This document shows, in pieces, positions 28,841 through 38,189 of a stretch of 56,215 nucleotides of DNA. The stretch is taken from IMG/VR virus record IMGVR_UViG_3300029998_000036, positions 1 through 56,215 of that record; one strand, written 5' to 3'. The position numbers and the translations under genes were made by a program. A model generated the notes under the pieces. The model saw only the letters and a list, made by a program, of their open reading frames with translations, had not been told where the DNA came from and searched no databases. Within the stretch, counting starts at the first letter, position 1; each line of letters begins with the position of its first letter. Source of the DNA: a virus. Taxonomy: Duplodnaviria; Caudoviricetes.

Positions 28841-29338
28841 CTATGCTACGTTTTTTGTTAGCATACTATTTTTCCAAGCTAATACTTTTAACTTTTTATC
28901 GTGTCGTTCATTTTCTTCATCTATTAATTGTCTAAGACCTTCTGGAGTTTCAGCTAATAACTTTTTAGCTTTTTTAGCGGCTTTCTTTTCAGCTTTACGT
29001 ACTATTTTAGCTTTTACGTATTTCATTAATTCATCGAATAATGCTTCTGTTGTGTCCCAACCATTAACAAGGCATTCTTCTGGATTACAATAAGCATCCG
29101 TGAAATGTTCTTTACTTAATAGTAAGCGTTCTTCTGAAGTATCAAGATCAATAAAATCATTATGATCTAATTGACTAAGAATTTGTTCGAACTCTGCTTT
29201 TGATAATGGATAAATTTTGCAATCCTCATCGTACATCTCGTAATCGTGAGATGGCAACATAACTGATTTAACAGCTACGATATGGCGATTGCAAATGATA
29301 CCCTTTTCGGTAGCTGATTCCCAAATGATTTTACTCAT
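28841..29338 (-). CDS. Hypothetical protein with K/A-rich segment
   Basis: RKAEKKAAKKAKK; AAGGA RBS. Confidence 0.65.
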   Translation of the reverse strand: MSKIIWESATEKGIICNRHIVAVKSVMLPSHDYEMYDEDCKIYPLSKAEFEQILSQLDHNDFIDLDTSEERLLLSKEHFTDAYCNPEECLVNGWDTTEALFDELMKYVKAKIVRKAEKKAAKKAKKLLAETPEGLRQLIDEENERHDKKLKVLAWKNSMLTKNVA

Positions 29339-29443
29339 TTTTATATATTCCTTAAATAATTTATAAGCAAATTAAAATATTCTATTTACCACTATTCGGG
29401 TAAATACGAGAAAATTATGACATAGATTATAAGACTAAGGATT

Positions 29444-29461
29444 TTAATTTTCGTTATATTT
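29444..29461 (+). promoter_or_regulatory. Early promoter-like motif, copy 4 (TTAATTTTCGTTATATTT)
   Basis: Identical to 20365-20382; upstream of the recombination/replication operon. Confidence 0.7.
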
Positions 29462-29505
29462 TACGTAAATTTATATTTTCACTTAATACTTAAACGAGGT
29501 TTATT

Positions 29506-29625
29506 ATGCCTGAAAACAGAACTTGTTTTTGCGATCCAGACGTATTTGAAGACGACGATTGTAAATGTCTTTGCGAACAATATATCGAATGCTCGGAGGC
29601 GATAAATGAACAATCTAGCGAATAG
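29506..29625 (+). CDS. Cys-rich acidic micro-protein (39 aa)
   Basis: MPENRTCFCDPDVFEDDDCKCLCEQYIECSEAINEQSSE with GAGG RBS. Confidence 0.5.
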   Translation: MPENRTCFCDPDVFEDDDCKCLCEQYIECSEAINEQSSE

Positions 29626-30259
29626 AGACGATACTAATTTGTTCTTTGAGGAACATGCTCAAGATCTAATCAAAAAGAGATTCGATGATGCTAAGAAAAC
29701 TAATATTGACAATCGTTTCGAGAAAACTAACGAAGCATCAATTAAGATTAGAGAGGGCAAAGGAGGGCAACGTTGGCGTTATATATCACGTATTGATGCT
29801 TTACAGTGGTTGGATAAACACTTCCCTCTATGGTCTTGGAATACCGATCCAAACTCATTTAGAGAATATGCCGGCTATGTACAATGCGTTGGTACGTTAG
29901 AAGTCAAAACAGAACAGTTAGTAACTAGATCTATTACTACTTATGGATCTGTAGAGATTAGAATAAATAGCACTACTGGACAACCGGTAATGATGACTTA
30001 TGCAAAGAATTGCGACACAGATGCTCTTAAAAGAGCTGTATTCACTCTAGGAGGCTTCTCTGATATATATAGCGATATAGACGATGAAACCGACTTTGAA
30101 ATGCCTACAAGCAACGATATAATGTGGTACTTCGATAAAGTAATACCACTAGTCCGTAATGATATGGACGGACGCAAACTAGCTGATAAATTTATGAAAT
30201 TCTTAGCTGGTACAATTACAAAAGAAATTATTGTAGAGAAATTAGGAATTAGAGGATGA
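29606..30259 (+). CDS. Rad52/Sak-like single-strand annealing protein
   Basis: YISRIDALQWLDKHFPLWSW and TDALKRAVFTLG motifs. Confidence 0.75.
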   Translation: MNNLANRDDTNLFFEEHAQDLIKKRFDDAKKTNIDNRFEKTNEASIKIREGKGGQRWRYISRIDALQWLDKHFPLWSWNTDPNSFREYAGYVQCVGTLEVKTEQLVTRSITTYGSVEIRINSTTGQPVMMTYAKNCDTDALKRAVFTLGGFSDIYSDIDDETDFEMPTSNDIMWYFDKVIPLVRNDMDGRKLADKFMKFLAGTITKEIIVEKLGIRG

Positions 30260-30453
30260 CAAAATATAAAATAAAATCTACAATAAATAATGATGGTGTC
30301 ATTGGATATAAAATTTACGAACGAGTTTTCTTTGTATTTTGGAAATGCATCAATCCTAATAAATATATCAAAGAAATGAACATTTGGTTCACAGCTACTT
30401 ATTCCAAAGAACAAGCATTATCTATTGTAAAAGAATTGGAGGATAAAATATAA
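30256..30453 (+). CDS. Hypothetical protein
   Basis: Coupled short ORF. Confidence 0.55.
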   Translation: MTKYKIKSTINNDGVIGYKIYERVFFVFWKCINPNKYIKEMNIWFTATYSKEQALSIVKELEDKI

Positions 30454-30737
30454 TGCCAACACTAAAAGTATTACTTGATGAAGCTGATCATCATCAATTC
30501 TATATTGCTACTTATTATATAGAATCATCTGCAGAGGTAGAATATTTAAATCAAGATTTATCTTATTATAATCTTAGATTAATTAAAGAAAATGTATCTA
30601 ATGATCATTCTAAAGAATATCAATTACAATCAGTTATAGATAATAATAATTTTAGCTTAGTATTAGCTAATGAATTATTATACGCGCAACAACATCCAAT
30701 AAAATTTATGTTTAAACAATTATTTAAAAAGGCTTAA
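30453..30737 (+). CDS. Hypothetical protein
   Basis: Coupled ORF with GGAGG RBS. Confidence 0.55.
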   Translation: MPTLKVLLDEADHHQFYIATYYIESSAEVEYLNQDLSYYNLRLIKENVSNDHSKEYQLQSVIDNNNFSLVLANELLYAQQHPIKFMFKQLFKKA

Positions 30738-30741
30738 TGTT

Positions 30742-31689
30742 ATGAGTAACTCACCTTATGGCTGGACTGCTCCAGTAAGAGATTCTTTCGTATTATCAGA
30801 AAACGATTTACAAACTGGAGAGATCGTTAACGTATTAATTTTAGGTATGGACTTTCCTGTTACATTCAAAAAAGACGTAGATCCCTCTCAATTAAGTTTT
30901 AAGGAACACGGAATATCTTTACAGTTAGCTATTACATTACGAGATAGATTGCAAAATCAGAACAATCCGGGTACTCCTTATCCTCCGGTAGAAAAATGTT
31001 TCTTAAAGGACGATAACGGTAATCCAATTGAACCTAAGTTCACAGTCTTTACAACATTCAATGCTTATCCTCCAAGACTTGTAGCTAGTAAATATAAGAT
31101 ACCTGCTAGAGGTGGTCAGGAAACTCCTATTGTACGTATAGATGGTTCTATAGTGCCTACTATATCAGAACTACTACCTAATGCTTTTGAGGAAAAAGAT
31201 AAAGAAACTGGTAAATTAGCGTCCGATATATTCGGAGAGGATATTGCAAAATATTCTTATTTACTAGCTAGAGAAAATAAACGTCGTAAAGATTGGGATA
31301 ATATTTTTGCTATGTGGGAACATCTTGACAATGACCAATGTTGTAGTGCGTTAATGAATACTTTATCAAGACAATTACTACTTTGTAAATATAACGAAGG
31401 AACTAAGAAATTTGAGTTCGTTGACCCTAAAGTTGGCATGTTGTTTAGATCAAGAATTAAACGTAATGACAAAACTCCTAAATATTTTGAATTACAGTCT
31501 AACGCTTGGAATAGTCAAGCTAAACGATTTGAAATATACTCCTCCTTAGATACTACAAAAGAGGTTGCTCCTGAATATGCTGCAACTGCTATCAAATTAC
31601 TTCAATTGAGAGATACTAATATTGCCGCTCGTATGGCAAGTAAAACAATAACTGAAGCTTATTCCACTCCAGAAGGCGATAAATTCTAA
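30742..31689 (+). CDS. Replication-module protein, possibly ssDNA-binding
   Basis: Between annealase and helicase; C-terminus PEGDKF resembles SSB tails. Function inferred only. Confidence 0.4.
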   Translation: MSNSPYGWTAPVRDSFVLSENDLQTGEIVNVLILGMDFPVTFKKDVDPSQLSFKEHGISLQLAITLRDRLQNQNNPGTPYPPVEKCFLKDDNGNPIEPKFTVFTTFNAYPPRLVASKYKIPARGGQETPIVRIDGSIVPTISELLPNAFEEKDKETGKLASDIFGEDIAKYSYLLARENKRRKDWDNIFAMWEHLDNDQCCSALMNTLSRQLLLCKYNEGTKKFEFVDPKVGMLFRSRIKRNDKTPKYFELQSNAWNSQAKRFEIYSSLDTTKEVAPEYAATAIKLLQLRDTNIAARMASKTITEAYSTPEGDKF

Positions 31690-33017
31690 TGAATCCAGAT
31701 TATCTTAGTATGTTTATAGTCGCTTATGTATTGCATAATCGCAGAGAACTACAAGAGATAGATGTGGAGTTATTAACTCATCAAGGCTTAAAGAATATAT
31801 TAACTAAAGCTAAAAGCCTAACAATTAAGTCGGACGAAATAACCAGAGGATTGCTCGTATCTGTTATTAGTCCGACGGATATTGCTACAATGGAAAGAGT
31901 TTATAATCTTTGGGAAAAAGATCTATCTAAACGCGATATAGAGACTATAAAATCAGAATTACATGAAATCAAATTACAATTAAAAGAACATCATAAAAAG
32001 AAGGCTTTTGTTGATTACTTACGACATTTGGCTGATTTAGCGGAACAGGGAGAATTACATAAAGTTAATAGAGAACTAAATGTATTGCATTATTCCAATA
32101 CTACTGAAGTTGATTTAACTGTTAATTACATGGTTGATTCTATACGCGATACGAATGGATTTAAGACCGGTATATACGATATTGATACAAGTATGGGCGG
32201 ACTGCATAAAGGCAATATCATGGGTATCTTTGGAGACACAGGCAGTATGAAAACAATGGCTTCCTTTTGGATGATGATTAAAATATTAGAAACAAACCCT
32301 ACGTTCATAGCTGTCTACTTTGAAAAGGAAATGCCTATTAAAGATTTAGCTCGTAGATTAGTTTCATACTGTATGGGAGTAGATACTCATGCTATTATGC
32401 AATTAGAAACCGATGAAGATAAATCTATATTCGGAGATCAAATATTAGAGTTCTTCCATGAGAATAAATCTAAGCATGATCTTATGAAACGCTTCCATTT
32501 AGTACCAAGAAATATGTTTAGTACGTCCGCTGATATGGTAGAATACGTTAAATATTACAAAGCTGATATTTGGTGTTTGGATTTTATGACTATGCTATTT
32601 GAGAGCAATGAAGGTCTAAATGAAAATACATTTATCATTAAAGAGATGGGTATATTAAAAGATCTAGTTGATAGAACTAACACGTTAGGTATTATATTAG
32701 GTCAATTAAAACAAGATACTGTTGAAATGCGTAATAATAAGATTCCTAAAATGAGCGATATGGAATGGGGTAAACAATTGAAACAATATGCGGCTTATAT
32801 GTTTGCAACTTTCTATCCTTCTAATTATTATGATAGAGCAGTACCTGATGAATTTTTCTATTTAATTGGGACTAAAACTCGTAATGGTAAAAAGATGACA
32901 ATACCATTAGAAGCTAAACCCGGATTATGTAGATTTGAAGAGGCTGAATTTAACACACGTAAACCAATGTTAGATTGGTTATCAAGTTATAAATCAAATA
33001 ATGGAATAAAACAATGA
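31689..33017 (+). CDS. DnaB-like (SF4) replicative helicase
   Basis: GGLHKGNIMGIFGDTGSMKT (H1), FEKEM (H1a), LDFM (H2), GQL (H3), KTRNG (Arg finger). Confidence 0.85.
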   Translation: MNPDYLSMFIVAYVLHNRRELQEIDVELLTHQGLKNILTKAKSLTIKSDEITRGLLVSVISPTDIATMERVYNLWEKDLSKRDIETIKSELHEIKLQLKEHHKKKAFVDYLRHLADLAEQGELHKVNRELNVLHYSNTTEVDLTVNYMVDSIRDTNGFKTGIYDIDTSMGGLHKGNIMGIFGDTGSMKTMASFWMMIKILETNPTFIAVYFEKEMPIKDLARRLVSYCMGVDTHAIMQLETDEDKSIFGDQILEFFHENKSKHDLMKRFHLVPRNMFSTSADMVEYVKYYKADIWCLDFMTMLFESNEGLNENTFIIKEMGILKDLVDRTNTLGIILGQLKQDTVEMRNNKIPKMSDMEWGKQLKQYAAYMFATFYPSNYYDRAVPDEFFYLIGTKTRNGKKMTIPLEAKPGLCRFEEAEFNTRKPMLDWLSSYKSNNGIKQ

Positions 33018-33340
33018 CAAACGAACAATTACAGATTATTCGATCTATTCTCAAACAATTAGAGATTAAAGAAAATGACTCCGATAGAATTAAAAATTTA
33101 ATCGGAGATAAATGTTGGTCTTTTAATAAATTTAATACTAGAACAGCTTTATCCGATATTGGGTATTTACTTAATGCTGAGCGTCAAGATAAACTTGTTA
33201 ATTCCATATTAATTCTTTTAGAAGAACAACAAATCGAGAACGATTTATATGTATCTCAATATAGTCCATTAATGTTAGCGATGGAGGTAGATCAAGTAGA
33301 ATCTTCTAAATTTGATTCGTATGGAGTACCAAAACAATGA
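33014..33340 (+). CDS. Hypothetical protein
   Basis: Coupled ORF. Confidence 0.55.
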   Translation: MTNEQLQIIRSILKQLEIKENDSDRIKNLIGDKCWSFNKFNTRTALSDIGYLLNAERQDKLVNSILILLEEQQIENDLYVSQYSPLMLAMEVDQVESSKFDSYGVPKQ

Positions 33341-33607
33341 CAAGAAAAGAATTAAAAGACATGGTATGGATAATCATACAAAATAGATATAGCGGACAAC
33401 TTTCAGTAGAAGAATCAGTTAGAATAGTTGCAGAACGTCATACTCCTAATTTTAATAGAGAACTTTGGGAAAAAGAACTGGCTAAACAAACTGAGGAGTA
33501 TTAAATGTTAGAGGAAATAGAACGACTTATTAAATTAGAAATTCGAGAGAATCAAGTTATAAATGAATTTAATAATCAATTTGAACAATTCTTAAAGGAG
33601 AATCGCA

Positions 33608-33856
33608 ATGAAAAAGTACCAAGCTAAAAGATTTATTGAAGCTATCCAATATTTAGGAGACGAAAAAACTTATAATGAATTACTCGAAAATAAAGTTCCG
33701 ATAATGGATAGAGAACACTGTATTGCCGTTGATACAATGTATGGATCAATAGTAACTCTTAGTAAAGGCGACTACGTATTAAAGCATCCTAACGATGGTT
33801 ATACTGTATGCGATGCAGAAACTTTTGATCAGTATTACGAAGAGGTTAAGCAATGA
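33608..33856 (+). CDS. Conserved small phage protein (GDY-motif type)
   Basis: IEAIQY...GDYVLK...VCDAETFDQYYE. Confidence 0.65.
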   Translation: MKKYQAKRFIEAIQYLGDEKTYNELLENKVPIMDREHCIAVDTMYGSIVTLSKGDYVLKHPNDGYTVCDAETFDQYYEEVKQ

Positions 33857-34854
33857 AAATAATTAATGATATGAACTTCCCTGAACCGTTTATGAAGGCT
33901 ATTGAGAATGATGACTATGATATGTTAGACGCTACTAAAGTTAGTGTTACTACGTTGATTGATTCGCCTTATATATGGCATTTAAAGAATAAACATAAAG
34001 ACGAAATTACTGTCAAAGCGTCTCAAAAAGTACGTACTTTATTTGGTTCGTCAGTTCATTACATGCTAGAGAGAGTTGGTTCGTCATGCGTTAACGAGTT
34101 ACGATTAGAACAAGAATTTAACGGTATGACTATAAGCGGCAAATTAGATTTGTGGGACCCTAAAGATCATACTTTATGGGATTACAAGACTGCCGGCGTT
34201 GATACCTATTGTTATAATAAAGACGGTAAACAAGAGTGGATTCAACAATTGAATATTAATAAATGGTTAATGGATTCAAAAGGTATACCAGTAACTTCAT
34301 TAAAAGTATTAGTATTCTTTATTGATTGGAAAGCTAGTAAACTATATGAATCTAATTATCCACCGGCTCCAATTATTGTATTAGATGTTCCAATTTGGGA
34401 TTGGAATTATCTAACTAAATTTTTACGATTACGTACTGAAGCACATAAAGCAACTAGAAATGGTATTCTAACTCCTTGCGACGATAGAGAGCGTTGGCAA
34501 AAGAAACCTAAATTCGCATGTAATAAACCCGGAGCGACTAGAGCTACTAGAGTATTCGATACTCAAAATGAAGCTTTGTTATTCTGTCAAGCTAATCCGG
34601 CGAATGAAGTAACTTATCGTCAAGGTTCGTATACTAGATGCGAAGGTTATTGTGATCTTAAACCATTCTGTTCTTATTACGCTTCAGAAGGTTCTACTAT
34701 TAGTTTAGAGCAATCTGTTGCTAAAGTTGAGAGTACATTTACTCATGTTGTTGAAGTACCTTTTGAAATAGTAGAATCGTTTCCACCTTCAGAAGATTAT
34801 ATAGACTTATCTAAAATGGAAACGAAAACAAATAATATAATTGATTTATTTTAA
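33853..34854 (+). CDS. PD-(D/E)xK Cas4/RecB-like exonuclease
   Basis: GSSVH, SGKLD, DYKT, QLNI and C-terminal RCEGYCDLKPFC. Confidence 0.8.
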   Translation: MKIINDMNFPEPFMKAIENDDYDMLDATKVSVTTLIDSPYIWHLKNKHKDEITVKASQKVRTLFGSSVHYMLERVGSSCVNELRLEQEFNGMTISGKLDLWDPKDHTLWDYKTAGVDTYCYNKDGKQEWIQQLNINKWLMDSKGIPVTSLKVLVFFIDWKASKLYESNYPPAPIIVLDVPIWDWNYLTKFLRLRTEAHKATRNGILTPCDDRERWQKKPKFACNKPGATRATRVFDTQNEALLFCQANPANEVTYRQGSYTRCEGYCDLKPFCSYYASEGSTISLEQSVAKVESTFTHVVEVPFEIVESFPPSEDYIDLSKMETKTNNIIDLF

Positions 34855-34862
34855 GGAATAAT

Positions 34863-35084
34863 ATGTCTGAAGAAATTAGAGATGGATATACTGAAGTATT
34901 GCTTGTAAAGTATAACGAAGAAACAAAAACTATGATATTTGATGTTAATTTGCCTAATATTGAAACATCTTATCAAGTAATAAAAATAATGTTTAAAACT
35001 ATGCTAGAAAATGGAATATCAGATCAAGCTATATTTGCTAGACTTGTAACTGATTTCCCCGCTAATGGAGTACAAAATGGATAA
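34863..35084 (+). CDS. Hypothetical protein
   Basis: ORF with AAGGA RBS. Confidence 0.55.
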   Translation: MSEEIRDGYTEVLLVKYNEETKTMIFDVNLPNIETSYQVIKIMFKTMLENGISDQAIFARLVTDFPANGVQNG

Positions 35085-35301
35085 AGAAATATTAGAAGAA
35101 CTTTCTGATATACATAGAAATCTAACTCTTACGTTACTTCAAGAAAATACTGAGAGCGAAAAGGATTTAATATTAATCTCTAAACTTGAAGAAGAATTAA
35201 GTTTTCTTAATACCATTCTTGGAATGGCTTTACAAATTTATAATTTACACGTTGGGAAATACGATGAACAAAATTCACAATATAACGATTCACAATCTTA
35301 A
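35077..35301 (+). CDS. Hypothetical protein
   Basis: ATG after GGAG. Confidence 0.5.
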   Translation: MDKEILEELSDIHRNLTLTLLQENTESEKDLILISKLEEELSFLNTILGMALQIYNLHVGKYDEQNSQYNDSQS

Positions 35302-36532
35302 ATCAGTATCTGATTATAATGCTACATTCAATGGTTGTTCTGTAATCGTAACAGCTGGGAACAACAAAGGTAAATCTACCTTATTAAAGACGTTCCCAGA
35401 CCGTTTAAGAGGCGAAAAGCCTGAATTGATAGTAAGGGAAGGAGAGAACAATGGAATCGCTACAATGGAGCTTACAACCGGAGAAAAGTTTATTTGGAAC
35501 TTCTCTAAAGATGGTAAAGAACAATTGAAATTTATTACTCGTGAAGGTATTAAAACTAATTGTACTAAAGAGATTAGAGATAGATTCTTTCCTCCATTAT
35601 TTGATATTGACGACTTCCTTAATTCAACTCCTAAAGATCAAATATTAATGTTGCAGAAATTAGTCAAAGTAGATTTTACTGCTATTGATGAACGTTATAA
35701 AATTGCTTATGCTGATAGAACTTATCGTAATAGACAATTTGAGGAATCTAAATCTAAACAATTACCATTCGATAGCGCATTACCTGAAATTGAAACTGAC
35801 TATACTGATCTTATCAAAGAAGTAGGTAATATTGATTCTCATAATAAACTACATGAATCTAAAACTACACAGTATGAAAGTATCATTGCTTCTAGAGATG
35901 AGTATTTAAAACAAGCTAATGAATTATTAGAACGCGCTAAATTATTAGAAATACAAATGGCTCAACTACAGGACTGGTTTATGGATTCAGAGAATTCACC
36001 TAAAAATGACGATGGAGAATTAAGTTCTAAAATAGCTAATATTAGTTTAGATAACGAGAAAATACGTAACAACAATATAGCTCGCCGGCAAGTAGACGAA
36101 TTAAAGCAATTAGAAATTACTGCTTATAATGCTGATAATACTGTTAAGTCTATTGAGAAAGAACGCAAAGATTTATTATCTCAAGCTAAATTGCCTGAAG
36201 GATTTGAGATCTCTTTAAATGGCATTCTAGTCGATAATTTGCCTTTAAACAAGAAACAGTTATCAACTAGTAAGTTATATATTAGTGCGCTTAAATTAGC
36301 CGCATTGCAGTTAGGAGAGGTTAAGACTTTACATTTTGACGCTAGTCCTTTAGATAAGAATTCATTACATGATATTATAAATTGGGCTAATCAAAACGAC
36401 TTGCAATTACTTATTGAGAAACCTGATTTTAATAATGGAGAGATCGAATATCATATAATCGATAATTCCGTTATGGATAGTTTAGATACTGTCGTACCAA
36501 CTATTAATCAACCAGTAGTAGATTTAATCTAG
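35264..36532 (+). CDS. SMC/Rad50-like ABC ATPase with coiled coil
   Basis: Walker A AGNNKGKST, central coiled coil, signature-like QLSTSK, LHFDASPLD; start trimmed to MNKIH. Confidence 0.75.
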   Translation: MNKIHNITIHNLKSVSDYNATFNGCSVIVTAGNNKGKSTLLKTFPDRLRGEKPELIVREGENNGIATMELTTGEKFIWNFSKDGKEQLKFITREGIKTNCTKEIRDRFFPPLFDIDDFLNSTPKDQILMLQKLVKVDFTAIDERYKIAYADRTYRNRQFEESKSKQLPFDSALPEIETDYTDLIKEVGNIDSHNKLHESKTTQYESIIASRDEYLKQANELLERAKLLEIQMAQLQDWFMDSENSPKNDDGELSSKIANISLDNEKIRNNNIARRQVDELKQLEITAYNADNTVKSIEKERKDLLSQAKLPEGFEISLNGILVDNLPLNKKQLSTSKLYISALKLAALQLGEVKTLHFDASPLDKNSLHDIINWANQNDLQLLIEKPDFNNGEIEYHIIDNSVMDSLDTVVPTINQPVVDLI

Positions 36533-36707
36533 GAGTATATATGATTATAACCGATACGTTAATTTCTTGGTTGCTTATTCTAACATTTTTTATTATTGGA
36601 TATAGTATATTTGTATACGGTAAACTTTTAGACTTAGAATGCCAAATACTTAGATTACGTAGACAAATATTAGAAGATTCTTTAAATAAATAACTAAAGG
36701 AACTTAT

Positions 36708-36989
36708 ATGCAAAATGGTTTGCATGCTCAAGATGATTATTTATCACTATCAAAACGTCTTCCTCCTAAATACTGGAACGAAGACGTTTTGGGTAGTATA
36801 ATAAATAATCTTAGAGTACATTTAATAACGACTGTTCAAAAATGGCAGGTATCATACTGGAACAATCGTTGCTGGAGTAGAATTGATCAATTTGATGGAA
36901 AGGAATTAGCTGTTGATTTTGCAGGTAATTTCCAAATTAACGATTATCAATTCACATTTCACAAATTACCTAAAAAGAGAAGGGTATGA
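36708..36989 (+). CDS. Hypothetical protein
   Basis: ORF with AAGGA RBS. Confidence 0.55.
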   Translation: MQNGLHAQDDYLSLSKRLPPKYWNEDVLGSIINNLRVHLITTVQKWQVSYWNNRCWSRIDQFDGKELAVDFAGNFQINDYQFTFHKLPKKRRV

Positions 36990-37579
36990 ACGTATATCAA
37001 GATATAGATAAATTCAAAAAACCATTTGATGAATTTATAACTAAACTTAGAGAGACTAATGATAGTAGTTATGATTTTAGAAAAGATGAAACTAAACTAC
37101 AATTAGTTATGTTAGTAGGAGAACAGTTAGGAAGCGAATGTCTTGATGATATGTACAATATTTACGAACATGGTATTGGTGGAGGTTATCATGGATTTAT
37201 ATATTATACTGAGACTAGCGACTTCTTCGATAATAATCAAGAGTTAATCGTAGACTACTTAACTGATTTAGCGCAAGATTGTTATGGTAAAGACGAAACA
37301 ATGTTTACTGTGTTTGGTAAAGAATCTTTAACAATGGCACACTTTAAAAATAATTGTGCTTGGGCTATTGGAGAAGAAATATCACGTTATATATGCGATA
37401 TGGATTCAGATGACTTTGAAGAACTATTAGCAAATTATGATATTGCTACTCCAGAAGACGATGTAGAAGAAGAAATTGATGATTCTGATGAACGTGACGA
37501 ACAGGAGCGTCAATGGCGTACTGATAGAAAAGAAGATGATGAACGTGACGAATATAAGTTACAGTCTGATTACAAGTAA
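36986..37579 (+). CDS. Highly acidic protein (HGxxGG..GFIYY family)
   Basis: EHGIGGGYHGFIYYTETSDFFD and a D/E-rich tail with duplicated DERDE. Confidence 0.65.
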   Translation: MNVYQDIDKFKKPFDEFITKLRETNDSSYDFRKDETKLQLVMLVGEQLGSECLDDMYNIYEHGIGGGYHGFIYYTETSDFFDNNQELIVDYLTDLAQDCYGKDETMFTVFGKESLTMAHFKNNCAWAIGEEISRYICDMDSDDFEELLANYDIATPEDDVEEEIDDSDERDEQERQWRTDRKEDDERDEYKLQSDYK

Positions 37580-37646
37580 AGTTTTTCTGTAATAAAATAA
37601 TTAATTAACATATTCGTTAATCAATCCATAATAAGTTGTTTCCTCT

Positions 37647-37680
37647 ACCTGTATGTCATGCTGAGATATACAGGTTTTTT
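37647..37680 (+). terminator. Intrinsic terminator
   Basis: ACCTGTAT...ATACAGGT followed by a T tract. Confidence 0.75.
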
Positions 37681-37700
37681 ATTTATATATAGGAGTTCGT

Positions 37701-38138
37701 ATGGAACCGTTAAGTCCTAGACTGATAAAATCAATATTTAAATATGCTTGTAGTACAGCATTAATAAATAATTTCAAATTAAATGTTTTTACTTTTGAAG
37801 ACTATTGTGTAGCAATGGAATATATACATATTACTAAAGATATAAATACTAAAAAAGATAAAGAAATTAGATCTGAGATATTGCAACTGTTTAAAACAAA
37901 TGGTATAGTACCAAAACATAGTAATTTATTTTATTCTAAGAAAAAGAAAATTAGACGTAAACTAAATGATTATTTCTTTATTGATTTTATTATATTCATA
38001 GAAATATTGGAAGAACTAAATATTCCAAAAAAATCAAAAAAACTCAAACAGAAAGAAGCATATGATAATTTACAAACTGTTTTCGATAAAGAAACTATTA
38101 TTAAACCCGGAAGATCTAAAGATGTTTATATCCATTAG
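37701..38138 (+). CDS. Basic hypothetical protein, possible regulator
   Basis: Lys-rich; AGGAG RBS; flanked by terminators between the replication and late modules. Confidence 0.55.
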   Translation: MEPLSPRLIKSIFKYACSTALINNFKLNVFTFEDYCVAMEYIHITKDINTKKDKEIRSEILQLFKTNGIVPKHSNLFYSKKKKIRRKLNDYFFIDFIIFIEILEELNIPKKSKKLKQKEAYDNLQTVFDKETIIKPGRSKDVYIH

Positions 38139-38140
38139 TC

Positions 38141-38172
38141 AAACCCTATCCTTAAAAGATAGGGTTTTTTTT
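38141..38172 (+). terminator. Intrinsic terminator
   Basis: AAACCCTATC-CTTAAAA-GATAGGGTTT plus a T tract. Confidence 0.85.
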
Positions 38173-38189
38173 ATAAGTTTATAAAAGTA

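Noticed and set aside
33853-34854. CRISPR-Cas system
   Set aside because: Stand-alone Cas4-like nuclease in a recombination module; no other cas genes or array.
19184-37639. 13-bp repeat CATAATAAGTTGT at 19184 and 37627
   Set aside because: Matches this short are expected by chance in a 56-kb AT-rich genome, and the contexts differ.
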